A stretch of DNA of 64,000 bases from Candidatus Altimarinota bacterium (GCA_046314355.1 JBKBWQ010000001.1:448001-512000), one strand, 5' to 3'. Counted from the stretch's first letter, positions 19,244 to 28,895 are shown. The notes: generated by a model from the sequence alone, not told the origin. Program-made: numbers and translations.

Positions 19244-19612
19244 ATGAAGAGTAATGAATTTAAAAATTTTGGGTCATATTTAAAGCATTGCAGAAGTAAT
19301 GCGAGCAATACAGTAAGAGCTGGAAAACCTATGTCTCAATGGGATCTATGCCAACTAATCCATAAAAAAGATGGTTATGTCCAGAGACTAGAAAATGGTA
19401 TAAAGTTGCCGCATGAAGATGAGCTCACAATTCTTAGCAGGCATGTTCCATTAAATATAGATATTGCTAAAGAGCTTTTAGAAAATGATAAAGTGAAGAA
19501 AAAAGTTTACGGTCAGAAACAAAAATCTTTGCTAATAAGCTTTGAATCTTTGCAGGGAGAGCAACAGAGCAAAGTTCTAGACTTTATTAAATCTTTAGAA
19601 AAAAATACATAA
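19244..19612 (+). CDS. XRE-family HTH protein
   Basis: FGSYLK...MSQWDL...YVQRLENG; AAGGAG SD; TTGACA-16-TACTTT at 19187-19214. Confidence 0.75.
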   Translation: MKSNEFKNFGSYLKHCRSNASNTVRAGKPMSQWDLCQLIHKKDGYVQRLENGIKLPHEDELTILSRHVPLNIDIAKELLENDKVKKKVYGQKQKSLLISFESLQGEQQSKVLDFIKSLEKNT

Positions 19613-19620
19613 ATTATTAC

Positions 19621-19653
19621 AAAAAGAGCCATCAAAATATGACGGCTCTTTTT
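19621..19653. terminator. Bidirectional intrinsic terminator
   Basis: AAAAAGAGCCATC/GACGGCTCTTTTT. Confidence 0.8.
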
Positions 19654-19677
19654 ACTAATGTCAGAAAATACCAATAT

Positions 19678-20649
19678 TTACATCTTACTCACATGATTGT
19701 AAATCGCATTCACGGCAATCACTCCCTCACTCATCGCAGGAAGCACCTGTCTAAACTTATTTGAACCAGTGGTAAAATCCCCTGCGGCAAATACACCTGG
19801 GATATTAGTAGATTGATCAGCATTTACCTTTACATAATTGTATTCATCAAGCTCCACTCCAAGCTGGTTTGGGAGATCCACTATAGGATCTGAGCCGATC
19901 TCGACAAATACACCATGGAGACTAATCTTATTCACATCTGAGCGATCCACACCTGCATCTTTGTTATGAATGCCATCATGACCATCCCATGGCTTCTTAA
20001 GAGAGATTGATACTACTTTTCCATCTACTCCATCGATAGAAGCAACTTCATTCTCCATCACAAAATGCACATTTGGAAAAGCCTTTGTCATATCCACCCA
20101 TGTGGGCTCAGCTCTAAAACATGATCCTCTATGAATTATGTATACATTCTGTGCTATACCAGCCAGCAAGTATGCTGCTTCTAGAGCACTATCCCCTCCT
20201 CCGATCACCGCTACATCTTTTTTCTTATAAAAAAATGCATCACACGTTGCACACCATGTGACTCCTTTTCCTTCAAACTCATTCTCACCAGGAATACCAA
20301 GCCTTCTGTACTTTGTCCCCAGTGCAAGCAATACAGATTTAGACTTGAACATATCTCCATTGGAATCCAGAAGCGTAAATACACCATCTTCACCTCTTTC
20401 AATACTACGTATCATACTTGTCTTTACTCCATCAGGATTAAATTTCTGCACATGATGCAAAAACTTGTCTCCAAGATCAAATCCTGAAATCTCCTCAAGT
20501 CCCGGATAATTATCCACGAGATGAGATGTAGAAATAAGCCCGCCAGGAAGCTTACCAAATACCAAGTGACTAAGTTTATAGCGGGATGCATATATGCTTG
20601 CAGCGACACCAGCAGGACCGAAGCCGATAATAATAAGATCGTATATCAT
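19678..20649 (-). CDS. trxB: Thioredoxin reductase
   Basis: GFGPAG, CATCD, GGGDSALE and FAAGD motifs. Confidence 0.92.
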   Translation of the reverse strand: MIYDLIIIGFGPAGVAASIYASRYKLSHLVFGKLPGGLISTSHLVDNYPGLEEISGFDLGDKFLHHVQKFNPDGVKTSMIRSIERGEDGVFTLLDSNGDMFKSKSVLLALGTKYRRLGIPGENEFEGKGVTWCATCDAFFYKKKDVAVIGGGDSALEAAYLLAGIAQNVYIIHRGSCFRAEPTWVDMTKAFPNVHFVMENEVASIDGVDGKVVSISLKKPWDGHDGIHNKDAGVDRSDVNKISLHGVFVEIGSDPIVDLPNQLGVELDEYNYVKVNADQSTNIPGVFAAGDFTTGSNKFRQVLPAMSEGVIAVNAIYNHVSKM

Positions 20650-20773
20650 GATAAAGTTATTTTTAAGTGAATAGTTTTATTTTAGAGAAAAAACTGAAGA
20701 ATGAAACCGGAAATATGCATTTCTGCTACTAAATGAGCCGATTATTAAAAACAGAAACCACCGTCTCGGGATT

Positions 20774-20894
20774 TTTAAGGGGAGAAACCATCTGATGACA
20801 GTTCGAAGCCACTTAAGTTTCCTAGATGGTTTTTCTCCCCTTAAAGACTTTTGGTTACTTTTGGTCACAAAAGTGACGCCCCACCGGCAAGGTG
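20774..20894. repeat. Multi-hairpin intergenic element (REP/MITE-like or structured RNA)
   Basis: 20-bp stem 20774-20793/20824-20845, then GTTACTTTTG/CAAAAGTGAC and CACC/GGTG hairpins. Confidence 0.55.
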
Positions 20895-20977
20895 AAGAAC
20901 GTTCAATTACACCATTTCTTCCCAGCACTCTTAAACATTAACTACACAGATAAAGAACAAGACACACACAGAATTAC

Positions 20978-21058
20978 ACCTTAATTCTTATCCTTATCCC
21001 TATCCTCAATTCTTTTCAGCTCAAGGATAAGGATAATGATGAGGATAAGAATTAAGGT
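20978..21058. repeat. Gene-less hexamer-repeat hairpin, same family as 4242-4796
   Basis: ACCTTAATTCTTATCCTTATC versus GATGAGGATAAGAATTAAGGT is complementary at 20/21 positions. Confidence 0.8.
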
Positions 21059-21084
21059 CACATACATTTAGCTCAAAGGAAAAA

Positions 21085-21528
21085 TTATTTCCATAGCTCC
21101 TCCATCTCCTTCTTAAATTCATCCACATCTTTAAATCTTCTATACACGGAAGCAAAACGAATATATGCCACCTCATCGATAGCTTTAAGACCTTCCATAA
21201 TATCTTCACCTATCTGTCTCGAAGGTACCTCATCCTCTAGTCCCCACTTCTCTTCAAGTCTCGCCACAAGGTCAGAAACCTGGGCAACGCTTACCGGACG
21301 TTTTGTACATGCTCTCCAGATTCCCTCTTCGACTTTTTCTCTTTTATACGGCTCCCGTGTGCCATCCTTTTTCACTACCACAAAAGAAGACATTTCCGCC
21401 TTTTCATAAGTGGTAAAACGAAATCCGCACTTATCACATTCTCTTCGTCTGCGGATAGCACGGTCGCTATCCACCACTCGTGAGTCGAGTACCTTTGTAT
21501 CGCTATTCGTGCATTTAGGACATTTCAT
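21085..21528 (-). CDS. nrdR: Transcriptional repressor NrdR
   Basis: MKCPKC, RRRREC, RFTTYE, ATP cone and AYIRFASVY. Confidence 0.97.
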   Translation of the reverse strand: MKCPKCTNSDTKVLDSRVVDSDRAIRRRRECDKCGFRFTTYEKAEMSSFVVVKKDGTREPYKREKVEEGIWRACTKRPVSVAQVSDLVARLEEKWGLEDEVPSRQIGEDIMEGLKAIDEVAYIRFASVYRRFKDVDEFKKEMEELWK

Positions 21529-21551
21529 AGTAGTGTTGGATCAAAAATAGT

Positions 21552-22811
21552 CTACATTTCACGTGTTATACGTGCTCCGAGCTTTGTTAGTTTACATTCA
21601 AAGTTCTCATATCCCCGGTCAATATACTTGATCTCGGCCACCTCAGTAGTCCCTTCAGCTGCAAGTCCCGCAAGTACCATAGCTGTTCCAGCACGCAGAT
21701 CCCAGCTAGTCACAAGAGTTCCCCGAAGCTTCGCAGGTCCAACTATAATTGCCTCGTGATTATTGATAATCTCAGCGTTTACTCTCATTTTTTCAAGCTC
21801 AACAATATAATTGAGACGAGACTCAAACATAGTTTCAAAAATTCTTGAAATACCTTCTGCCTGCGTAAGCAATACTGCCATTGGTGCCAAAAGATCTGTA
21901 GGAAAATCAGGAAACACAGCAGAACGTACTTTTTTTACAGCAAATAGCTTTTCTGTTGGAAATATCTCTACATAGTCATCTCCAAGTTCAAATTTCGCTC
22001 CCATTTCCTCAAGGAAAACCCAAAAGATATCAAGATGATCGGGAACAATATTTTCAATTTTTACATGTCCTTTAGTGACCAGTGCTGCTATCACAAAAGT
22101 ACCTACTTCAATATAGTCAGGGGTCACAGTATGTTCCGCACCATGGAGTTCAGATACACCTTCAATAGTCAGTACATTTGTACCGATACCGCTGATCTTT
22201 GCTCCCATTTTATTCAAAAACATACAGAGATCTTGAACATGTGGTTCTGTAGGTACTTGTCTCATTTCAGTCATTCCATCGGCCATAACAGCGGCAATAA
22301 TAGCATTTTCTGCTCCTGTAACACTCATTTCAAGAAGTCTCATTTTTCTATTTGCTTTGAGTCCAGTAGTGCGTATATGAATCACTTCTTCAGAGCTTAC
22401 TACCTCTGCGCCCAGATCTTCAAAAGCCCGCAAATGTGTATCTATAGGTCTTTTCCCTATGGAACATCCTCCTGGAAATACTACCTTTGCATCATGTTTT
22501 CTTGCTAGAAGACCTGAGAGAAACAAAAGACTTGTACGAAGCTTCTTTGCATCCTCTCCCATGATCTCCGAAGTTGTAATCTCTCCAGGAGTAATCTTCA
22601 TCGTATTATTCTCAAACTCTACTTTTCCTCCTAAATCCTCAATAATGGAAGCCATGATCCTCACATCTGTGATATCTGGAACATCATGGAGCACACTTGT
22701 CTCCTTTGAGAGAATACTTGCAGCAATTATAGGCAATGCAGCATTTTTAGAACCGCTTATACGTACATTTCCTTCAAGGGGACGCCCTCCCTCTACGATA
22801 AATTTTGACAT
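21552..22811 (-). CDS. murA: UDP-N-acetylglucosamine 1-carboxyvinyltransferase
   Basis: SGSKNAALP, PGGCSIGKRP, FPTDL, DLRAG and IDRGYE motifs. Confidence 0.96.
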   Translation of the reverse strand: MSKFIVEGGRPLEGNVRISGSKNAALPIIAASILSKETSVLHDVPDITDVRIMASIIEDLGGKVEFENNTMKITPGEITTSEIMGEDAKKLRTSLLFLSGLLARKHDAKVVFPGGCSIGKRPIDTHLRAFEDLGAEVVSSEEVIHIRTTGLKANRKMRLLEMSVTGAENAIIAAVMADGMTEMRQVPTEPHVQDLCMFLNKMGAKISGIGTNVLTIEGVSELHGAEHTVTPDYIEVGTFVIAALVTKGHVKIENIVPDHLDIFWVFLEEMGAKFELGDDYVEIFPTEKLFAVKKVRSAVFPDFPTDLLAPMAVLLTQAEGISRIFETMFESRLNYIVELEKMRVNAEIINNHEAIIVGPAKLRGTLVTSWDLRAGTAMVLAGLAAEGTTEVAEIKYIDRGYENFECKLTKLGARITREM

Positions 22812-22894
22812 GAAAAAGGTAAGCTATTGAGACAAATCTTGCATAGCTTACCGTTTAAAATTTTAGCGAGCAAGGAAAAATAAAGGAAAATATT

Positions 22895-25800
22895 TTAGAA
22901 ATTGCTCTCATTACTAATCCGGTTTTGTTTCGCAGTGGAAACATTCTTTTTGACTAGAGTTCCAATACCAGGCTTTATAAGCAGTAAGTCTTCCAGATCA
23001 ACAGCGAGAGAAGGCGCGACTTGGAGTTTATCTATTTCAGCTTTTAAAGATTTATTGATTTCTTCTACCTGAGCTATGTAGGCAGTCCTGAAAGAATCCT
23101 TTTCTTGGGATTCTAATATATATCTTAATTCTCGTACCCTATCTGCTTCTCGAGTAGTATCTTTTCCATCCCTCTGCATGTTTTTATCAATGGCATCCTT
23201 ATGCTTTTCTAACAAAGATGATACCTGTTCCTTATCCTTCAGTAAGGCTTCTATATATTCCACTCTTTTTCCTATTTCAAACTGACTCTTCATGGCATCA
23301 TTTAAGCTTCGGTGCATACGTTTTACAGCGCTCCATTGAGCGTCATTTAAAGCTACAGCTCCCTTCTCTGTCGAAACAGGCACACTTTTGACAGAGACAT
23401 CAGCGGCAGGCTTTTTCCCAAGCTGGCTTCCCAGAAGATCAAATCCCTTAAACACCATATTCTTCTGCAGTACTAGGGATGCAGATATTCTTGAAAGATG
23501 CGAAAGAGCAACTGAAGACTCAGAAAGAGCATTAGGCACGTAAGCTGCTACACTTACTTTTCCAACGAGCTGCGTATTGATTAATGAAGCTCTCCAGGTC
23601 ATTTCCTTTGTAATATCCTCAAGAGTACCAAGATATTCTCCTCCTGCTTCCCAAATGGTCCTTCCTTCTTTTACAGAAAGCACTGTCCCGAAGTTTTGAG
23701 ATGCAATTGCGCTGATCTCGGTAGGAACCATAAATTCCTTCATATTGATCATATCGTAGATATATTTTCCGTTCACTTCCTTCAAAAGCAGAGCTTCATC
23801 CATAGTTCGAAGTCCCATCATAAAGTCATGAAGAGGCATATTCAGATCCATAGAAGTTTTCACGAGACCATACGCTTCAGGATATCGTGTGAAGAATCCA
23901 TACATATCAGCAGCTTTGCCATCCGGGAAGTATGTCTTGATAATTTCAAAGGTTCCTCCATAGCCGTATCCCATATAACTGCCAAAATCAGAATAATAAG
24001 TTGGTATATACTTCTGAAGACGCTGCGTCATTTCCATTTGAGAACTCAACCCAATTCCTGCATAGGAAGAGAGAATCTTTAAAGTACTTTGATTCATTCT
24101 GTTCTGAATAACCAATGCCTTCAGAGCTTCAGTAGGTACCTTATTCAATGCAATTAATTCTGTTTCTGACAAGGACGCAAGTACTAATCTATACTTTTCA
24201 GGAATAACGCGGTCTGTTCCTCCAGTCTCTACTCTACTGAGAATCATGTCTACATGAGCTTTTCTCTGATCCGGCAATGCATCGTACTGCTTTCTGTCCA
24301 AAACTACAGTCTCTACCTTCTGCGGTTTTGTCTCTTGCGGGAAGAGTTTTTCCATCCAGTTCACTCCACCAATAGAGACGGCTACGTTATTCATAAGACT
24401 AATCCAGGCACCTACCATCCTAAATATATCCTTTTTTCTAAGCTCATTAAAAGCTACAATAAAGTGCCCCCTCTCACTAGGAATCATAGTATCAACTCCC
24501 TGAAGAAAGTTTATAGTTGAACGTGCCTGATCCATTACTTTATAGTCCTTTCCGGATAAGGAGAGGATTTTCATTTTATTATCAAGAGAAGCAAACGCTT
24601 CCTGTGTTTTCTTGAATTGAGGTGCATTCTTATCTGTATTGATAAAAATCTGCCTCATATTTTCTGCATTTGTAAGGAGCATATCATGGAGCACTTTTGT
24701 ATCCATATTCTTTGTCAACTCGGGTGACTTCAGTATCTTCAGCTGAGCAAGCGTATTCTGCAGTTCCCCATTTGGAAGAATATTTTTAAGCAAACTCTCA
24801 TATTCATTTTTAAAATCCGCTACATCCTTTTCCACAGTTGCTTCTATATTTCCTATTTTTTCATCAAGCATCACATCTCTACCAAGATTCTCATTCTTAT
24901 TATTTCTTAGGAAATATTCATCCTTCACATCAGCATCATTCAGTGTAAAGGTCTTATTATACTGTTCGAGTACATTTTTCTGCTTTTCTGAAGTAAAAGA
25001 TGATCCTGCCTGAGTAATCACTGTATTTAATCTATCCCGTGCAAGAGTCTCTACGTCTAGATTCTTTTCTTTAGCAAGCTTTAAAACCTGTTCGGAGGCA
25101 CTTCCCTCTCCTTTTACACCTAATGCCGCAATAGTCTCTTTATACACATACTCCATCATATTTTCTTCTCCTTTATACTTATCAGCCATTGCTCTGGAGA
25201 ATTTCTGCTTCTGGTTATCTGCCTTTCCTCCAAGTTTCGTCACTAACTCTTCCACAAGATTTCCAACGATAGCTTGTTTAAAGACTAGTTCTTTATTTTT
25301 TCTGGCAAGAAATCCTTTTTCCTGATCCAAAGCATTAAGCTTTTGAAGTTCATAGTATTTATCTTGGATTCTATCTAGGGCTAACTCAGGGATGAAAGCA
25401 ATTCTCTTTTCCTGTTCCTGTGTAGTTTTGTTTATGGATTCTTGAGTCTGAATTGGAGTTTCTTGAGCATTACTCGTATCATTGATAAGCTTCAAAGTAG
25501 CTTCAAAGGCAGGCAATGTCTCTTTTGGGACATTTACAAACATTTTTGCAATCAAACCGAAAAGTTTCATACCTACATCGGTACGCGCAAGCCACACAGT
25601 CACTTCATTTACAAATTTCTGCACTTCTGCACTGCTTCCCGCATGCTGCTTCAGCATATCTATCAATCCTTGAGAAGTGATTTTATTTCCTATCACCGCT
25701 TGGATAGCTTCATGAAACCCGTACTTCGAAGCTTGAGCAAAGAAATCAAAGGCGTTTTTTACGGGACCTGCAAGGAATGCTCCTGTTTTAACGAGATTTA

Positions 25801-26863
25801 TAGTAAGCATCGCGAAATTATATGCATAATCATGTCCTTTAGCGGCATCCATCGCCTTCGTAAGTGAAGCTATCAATGCACCATCCTCTGTTTTCAGATC
25901 ACCGAATATTTCATACATATCCATTACATCTTTCATTTCTCTCATCTGTTTCTCCTTTTCTTTGAGAAAATCCTCAGCCTTTACATCCTTAGGCAACAGA
26001 TCAGCTAGAGATTCACGTTCCTCTGGAGACAGTGATCTAAATAGCGCAACAGTCTGCTCCATTTTGTGGTAATCACCTACCACTTTATGTATTTCATCCT
26101 TCTTAGGCATTTTTGTGAGCAGTGATTTAAGTCCTGCCTGCCCTTCACTCAAGAAAAATTCCACAAGCTCTTTTTTTCCTTTCTGCGGAGTCATAAAGAG
26201 TTCCTGCGTAAAACTCTCAAATGTCTTAGTTATAGAGCCGAACTTATCATCTCCTTCTTTAATATTGTGGAAAAGCTGTACCGTATCATGGACATTAATA
26301 TTCTTCAAAGTTTTAGCTACTTCTAGCTCAGAGGCTTCAGGAGTCCACCCTACTAGTTTCTTAGCGACCTCCAGTACTTGATTTCCATTATCATACTTTC
26401 CTTCCTTTTGTTCTTTGAAAGCCAAACCTTCCTTTGCATTCTTTAGAATAGTATCAGCTTTACCGCCCTTTTTCCCAAGCTTGTACTGTACACTTACTTT
26501 CATATCCTGAATCTCTTTTTTACTAAACTTTGGATCCTGGCTAAGTACAGCTTCCAGTTCTTCAAAGAGTATCCCGATAGCTTTCTGTGCTTCTACACTT
26601 TCATCAAGATCCTTTTCGTTTGCTTTGATTGCTTCTTTAAAAGTCATATTATCCTTTTGAAAAAACTTCTTCACAAAGACTTTATCAAAAGCAGCTGCAG
26701 CTTTTGGATCCACAGCATCAATTTTCTTTTTAGCAGAAATAAGAGTTCTTTCAACAACTGCAGCCACATCAATATCAGCCTTCTGTTCAACTTTATTAGT
26801 TTCCTTGGAAGTCTCTCCTGAATTTTCAGGATCTAAATATTTTGTGTGTAGGTATTTATTCAT
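22895..26863 (-). CDS. Large hypothetical helical protein (1322 aa)
   Basis: Uninterrupted K/E-rich ORF with no signal peptide. Confidence 0.85.
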   Translation of the reverse strand: MNKYLHTKYLDPENSGETSKETNKVEQKADIDVAAVVERTLISAKKKIDAVDPKAAAAFDKVFVKKFFQKDNMTFKEAIKANEKDLDESVEAQKAIGILFEELEAVLSQDPKFSKKEIQDMKVSVQYKLGKKGGKADTILKNAKEGLAFKEQKEGKYDNGNQVLEVAKKLVGWTPEASELEVAKTLKNINVHDTVQLFHNIKEGDDKFGSITKTFESFTQELFMTPQKGKKELVEFFLSEGQAGLKSLLTKMPKKDEIHKVVGDYHKMEQTVALFRSLSPEERESLADLLPKDVKAEDFLKEKEKQMREMKDVMDMYEIFGDLKTEDGALIASLTKAMDAAKGHDYAYNFAMLTINLVKTGAFLAGPVKNAFDFFAQASKYGFHEAIQAVIGNKITSQGLIDMLKQHAGSSAEVQKFVNEVTVWLARTDVGMKLFGLIAKMFVNVPKETLPAFEATLKLINDTSNAQETPIQTQESINKTTQEQEKRIAFIPELALDRIQDKYYELQKLNALDQEKGFLARKNKELVFKQAIVGNLVEELVTKLGGKADNQKQKFSRAMADKYKGEENMMEYVYKETIAALGVKGEGSASEQVLKLAKEKNLDVETLARDRLNTVITQAGSSFTSEKQKNVLEQYNKTFTLNDADVKDEYFLRNNKNENLGRDVMLDEKIGNIEATVEKDVADFKNEYESLLKNILPNGELQNTLAQLKILKSPELTKNMDTKVLHDMLLTNAENMRQIFINTDKNAPQFKKTQEAFASLDNKMKILSLSGKDYKVMDQARSTINFLQGVDTMIPSERGHFIVAFNELRKKDIFRMVGAWISLMNNVAVSIGGVNWMEKLFPQETKPQKVETVVLDRKQYDALPDQRKAHVDMILSRVETGGTDRVIPEKYRLVLASLSETELIALNKVPTEALKALVIQNRMNQSTLKILSSYAGIGLSSQMEMTQRLQKYIPTYYSDFGSYMGYGYGGTFEIIKTYFPDGKAADMYGFFTRYPEAYGLVKTSMDLNMPLHDFMMGLRTMDEALLLKEVNGKYIYDMINMKEFMVPTEISAIASQNFGTVLSVKEGRTIWEAGGEYLGTLEDITKEMTWRASLINTQLVGKVSVAAYVPNALSESSVALSHLSRISASLVLQKNMVFKGFDLLGSQLGKKPAADVSVKSVPVSTEKGAVALNDAQWSAVKRMHRSLNDAMKSQFEIGKRVEYIEALLKDKEQVSSLLEKHKDAIDKNMQRDGKDTTREADRVRELRYILESQEKDSFRTAYIAQVEEINKSLKAEIDKLQVAPSLAVDLEDLLLIKPGIGTLVKKNVSTAKQNRISNESNF

Positions 26864-26870
26864 AGATTGG

Positions 26871-27173
26871 TTATTCTAACTGACCAAGTAATGTTTTCAA
26901 CACGGAATCATCTGAGATCCGTTCTTTATTCTCAAAGGATTTTACGAAGCTTTTTACCTCCTCTTCGTAAGCCTTTACCGCCTTCACAATGTATTCCTGG
27001 TAAAGTTCCTGTCTTACTTTTGCAACATTTAATAGAAACACAGCAATAGCATCCAAAGTGCTTTTAGACTCCGTACGCCTAATCGCTTTTTCCAGAAACG
27101 CTTTTCTTTCTTCTCCGAGAGCAGTTTCCCTTGAAAGAGAGGATAGCAGCTCTTCCTTTTGTACATCTAACAT
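26871..27173 (-). CDS. Small helical protein, paralog of 27523..27837
   Basis: Full-length similarity (K-E...ETAL-E...TL-I--FL...Y-EE-K...L--L--QL). Confidence 0.75.
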   Translation of the reverse strand: MLDVQKEELLSSLSRETALGEERKAFLEKAIRRTESKSTLDAIAVFLLNVAKVRQELYQEYIVKAVKAYEEEVKSFVKSFENKERISDDSVLKTLLGQLE

Positions 27174-27182
27174 AGAAGAAAA

Positions 27183-27518
27183 TTAGGAAATGAGTGTAGA
27201 AAGATTATTGAGAAGCGCCTGGATTTTTGGATCTTCAGCTATTTTTTTATCAATAAGATCTTGTGGTGTACCACCAAGCTTTCCCTCTACGCGACGATCA
27301 AGTTCTCTTTTCTTTATTGTCTTCTCAGCTTCTGTAGCACCTTTCATAACTGTATCTAGTAAAGCATGTGCCTTATTCTTCGCAGTATCGACACGGGAAA
27401 GTGCATCGGGAGTATTCCCCTGAGCTTCATTCTTGGATTCGTTAGCTTCAGGCTCCTCCGCCATCCCCTGTTCAGGATTTATAGCTCTGTATTTTGAATA
27501 GTATTTTTTGTATTCCAT
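27183..27518 (-). CDS. Hypothetical protein (111 aa)
   Basis: Tightly spaced within the operon; N-terminus resembles that of the 1322-aa protein. Confidence 0.7.
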   Translation of the reverse strand: MEYKKYYSKYRAINPEQGMAEEPEANESKNEAQGNTPDALSRVDTAKNKAHALLDTVMKGATEAEKTIKKRELDRRVEGKLGGTPQDLIDKKIAEDPKIQALLNNLSTLIS

Positions 27519-27522
27519 ATGT

Positions 27523-27837
27523 TTATTGTAATTGATTCATAAGTTTTTGCAGCTCATCCTTCTGGATCTTCTGATAATCCAGTTCGATTTCTTTGAGCAT
27601 TTTTTTTGATTCTTCCTGATAGACCTTCTCTACACTTGAGACTACACCATTCTCTACCCGGATTCTTTCCTGTTTTAGAGCCTCCAGAAAGGTCTTGATA
27701 GATTCAAGAGTCGCCATGTCCTGCGTTTTTTCCACGACGCTTTTAATACTAAAATGCTTCGCTTCAGTAAGAGCAGTCTCATGATCGAGCAGATCCATGA
27801 CTTCTTGTTTTGCTACTTCTACTGCAAAGAGCTCCAT
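27523..27837 (-). CDS. Small helical protein (104 aa), paralog of 26871..27173
   Basis: Start MELFAVE chosen from the paralog alignment and the upstream extended -10. Confidence 0.75.
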   Translation of the reverse strand: MELFAVEVAKQEVMDLLDHETALTEAKHFSIKSVVEKTQDMATLESIKTFLEALKQERIRVENGVVSSVEKVYQEESKKMLKEIELDYQKIQKDELQKLMNQLQ

Positions 27838-27868
27838 GAAAAAGTAAGAAAAATGTATGATTCCTAGT

Positions 27869-27877
27869 ATTATAGCA
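27869..27877 (-). promoter_or_regulatory. Extended -10 promoter TGCTATAAT
   Basis: Lies 31 nt upstream of ATG 27837. Confidence 0.6.
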
Positions 27878-27920
27878 CGGCAAGGTGGATATGGGCAAGG
27901 AAGGAAGGAATAAAGTAAAT

Positions 27921-28065
27921 AAGTAAAAGAGTAATTCAGTAATTGGGCGCACATTATTGGACTCCTATCATTGGGCTGCAATTATTGGGGCACAGTGATG
28001 TGCGCCCAATTATTGAGCCTAATTACCGAGCCCAAATTACTTACTTACCAATTACTCTCTTACTT
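27921..28065. repeat. Palindromic intergenic repeat, copy 1
   Basis: 16-bp terminal IR (15/16), inner 17-bp IR, 36-nt core at 27952-27987. Confidence 0.85.
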
Positions 28066-28277
28066 TCCTTATTTTCCCCCGAAATTCTCTTGCAAAAATC
28101 TAAAAAAAACGTACTATCTCTCCTATATGTTCTCGCAACTCTTCCGTGTTTTCATTATAACAACAGGTTATCGTGAAAAGAAAGGACCTGTTGTATGAGT
28201 CATATACCAGCCACATTCTAAGCGATATTTTTCGCTTCTTGTTTGGTTCATAATTTATTCTTTTTCCTCAAAAAATT

Positions 28278-28886
28278 ATGGAAATGATTGCAACTGTTCA
28301 TCCACATAGCGGTGAACTCACTGGTGATGTTATTACTCGAAAAGAGCTCTATGCAGAGAAGAAGTGGTGTAGAACTACAAATATCTTTATTTTCAATAGT
28401 GATGGTCATGTACTTTGCCATCAGAGATCTATGGACAAAGAGGTTTTTCCGGGAGTATGGTTTACACATACTGGGGGTCATGTAGGTGCAGATGAGAGTT
28501 TTGAAAGCAACGCGATGAAAGAACTTGAAGAGGAGGCTGGAATTGCAATTAGCGAAGATATGCTTATACCATGGAGAACAACGAGAAAGGATTCACACAG
28601 ATTCTGGATTAGAGAATTCGTAGTCGTTGTTGATGTGGCAGCAAGTGATCTTGTTCCTCAGCCTGGTGAAGTAGAAGAGTTTCAGTGGTTAAGTATTGAC
28701 GATATCATTAACAATCAGAAAAACTTCCCTGAACTATGGGTCGCAGGAACTCATGACTTTATTACAGAGTACAACTGTATGAGAGCTATTCTTTCAGCTT
28801 TTTCACACAAGAAGCATCTCAATGATGTACATCACTCAATGAAAGAATGGGGCGGTACTATAGGAACTCCAGGACTTGTATTCTAA
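28278..28886 (+). CDS. NUDIX hydrolase (IPP isomerase type 1/YfcD-like)
   Basis: QRSMDKEVFPGVW, GGHVGADE...KELEEEAGI and QPGEV motifs. Confidence 0.85.
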   Translation: MEMIATVHPHSGELTGDVITRKELYAEKKWCRTTNIFIFNSDGHVLCHQRSMDKEVFPGVWFTHTGGHVGADESFESNAMKELEEEAGIAISEDMLIPWRTTRKDSHRFWIREFVVVVDVAASDLVPQPGEVEEFQWLSIDDIINNQKNFPELWVAGTHDFITEYNCMRAILSAFSHKKHLNDVHHSMKEWGGTIGTPGLVF

Positions 28887-28895
28887 TAAAAAAGA

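Noticed and set aside
19935-19995. Extra loop in TrxB as another palindromic insertion
   Set aside because: No inverted repeat in the DNA; probably ordinary loop variation.
20677-20928. 83-aa ORF between trxB and nrdR
   Set aside because: Coincides with the hairpin element, starts at GTG and has no protein-like features.
27838-28198. N-terminal extension of 27523..27981 and ORFs 27943..28176 and 27971..28198
   Set aside because: They read through a promoter and the palindromic repeat; the paralog alignment begins at 27837.
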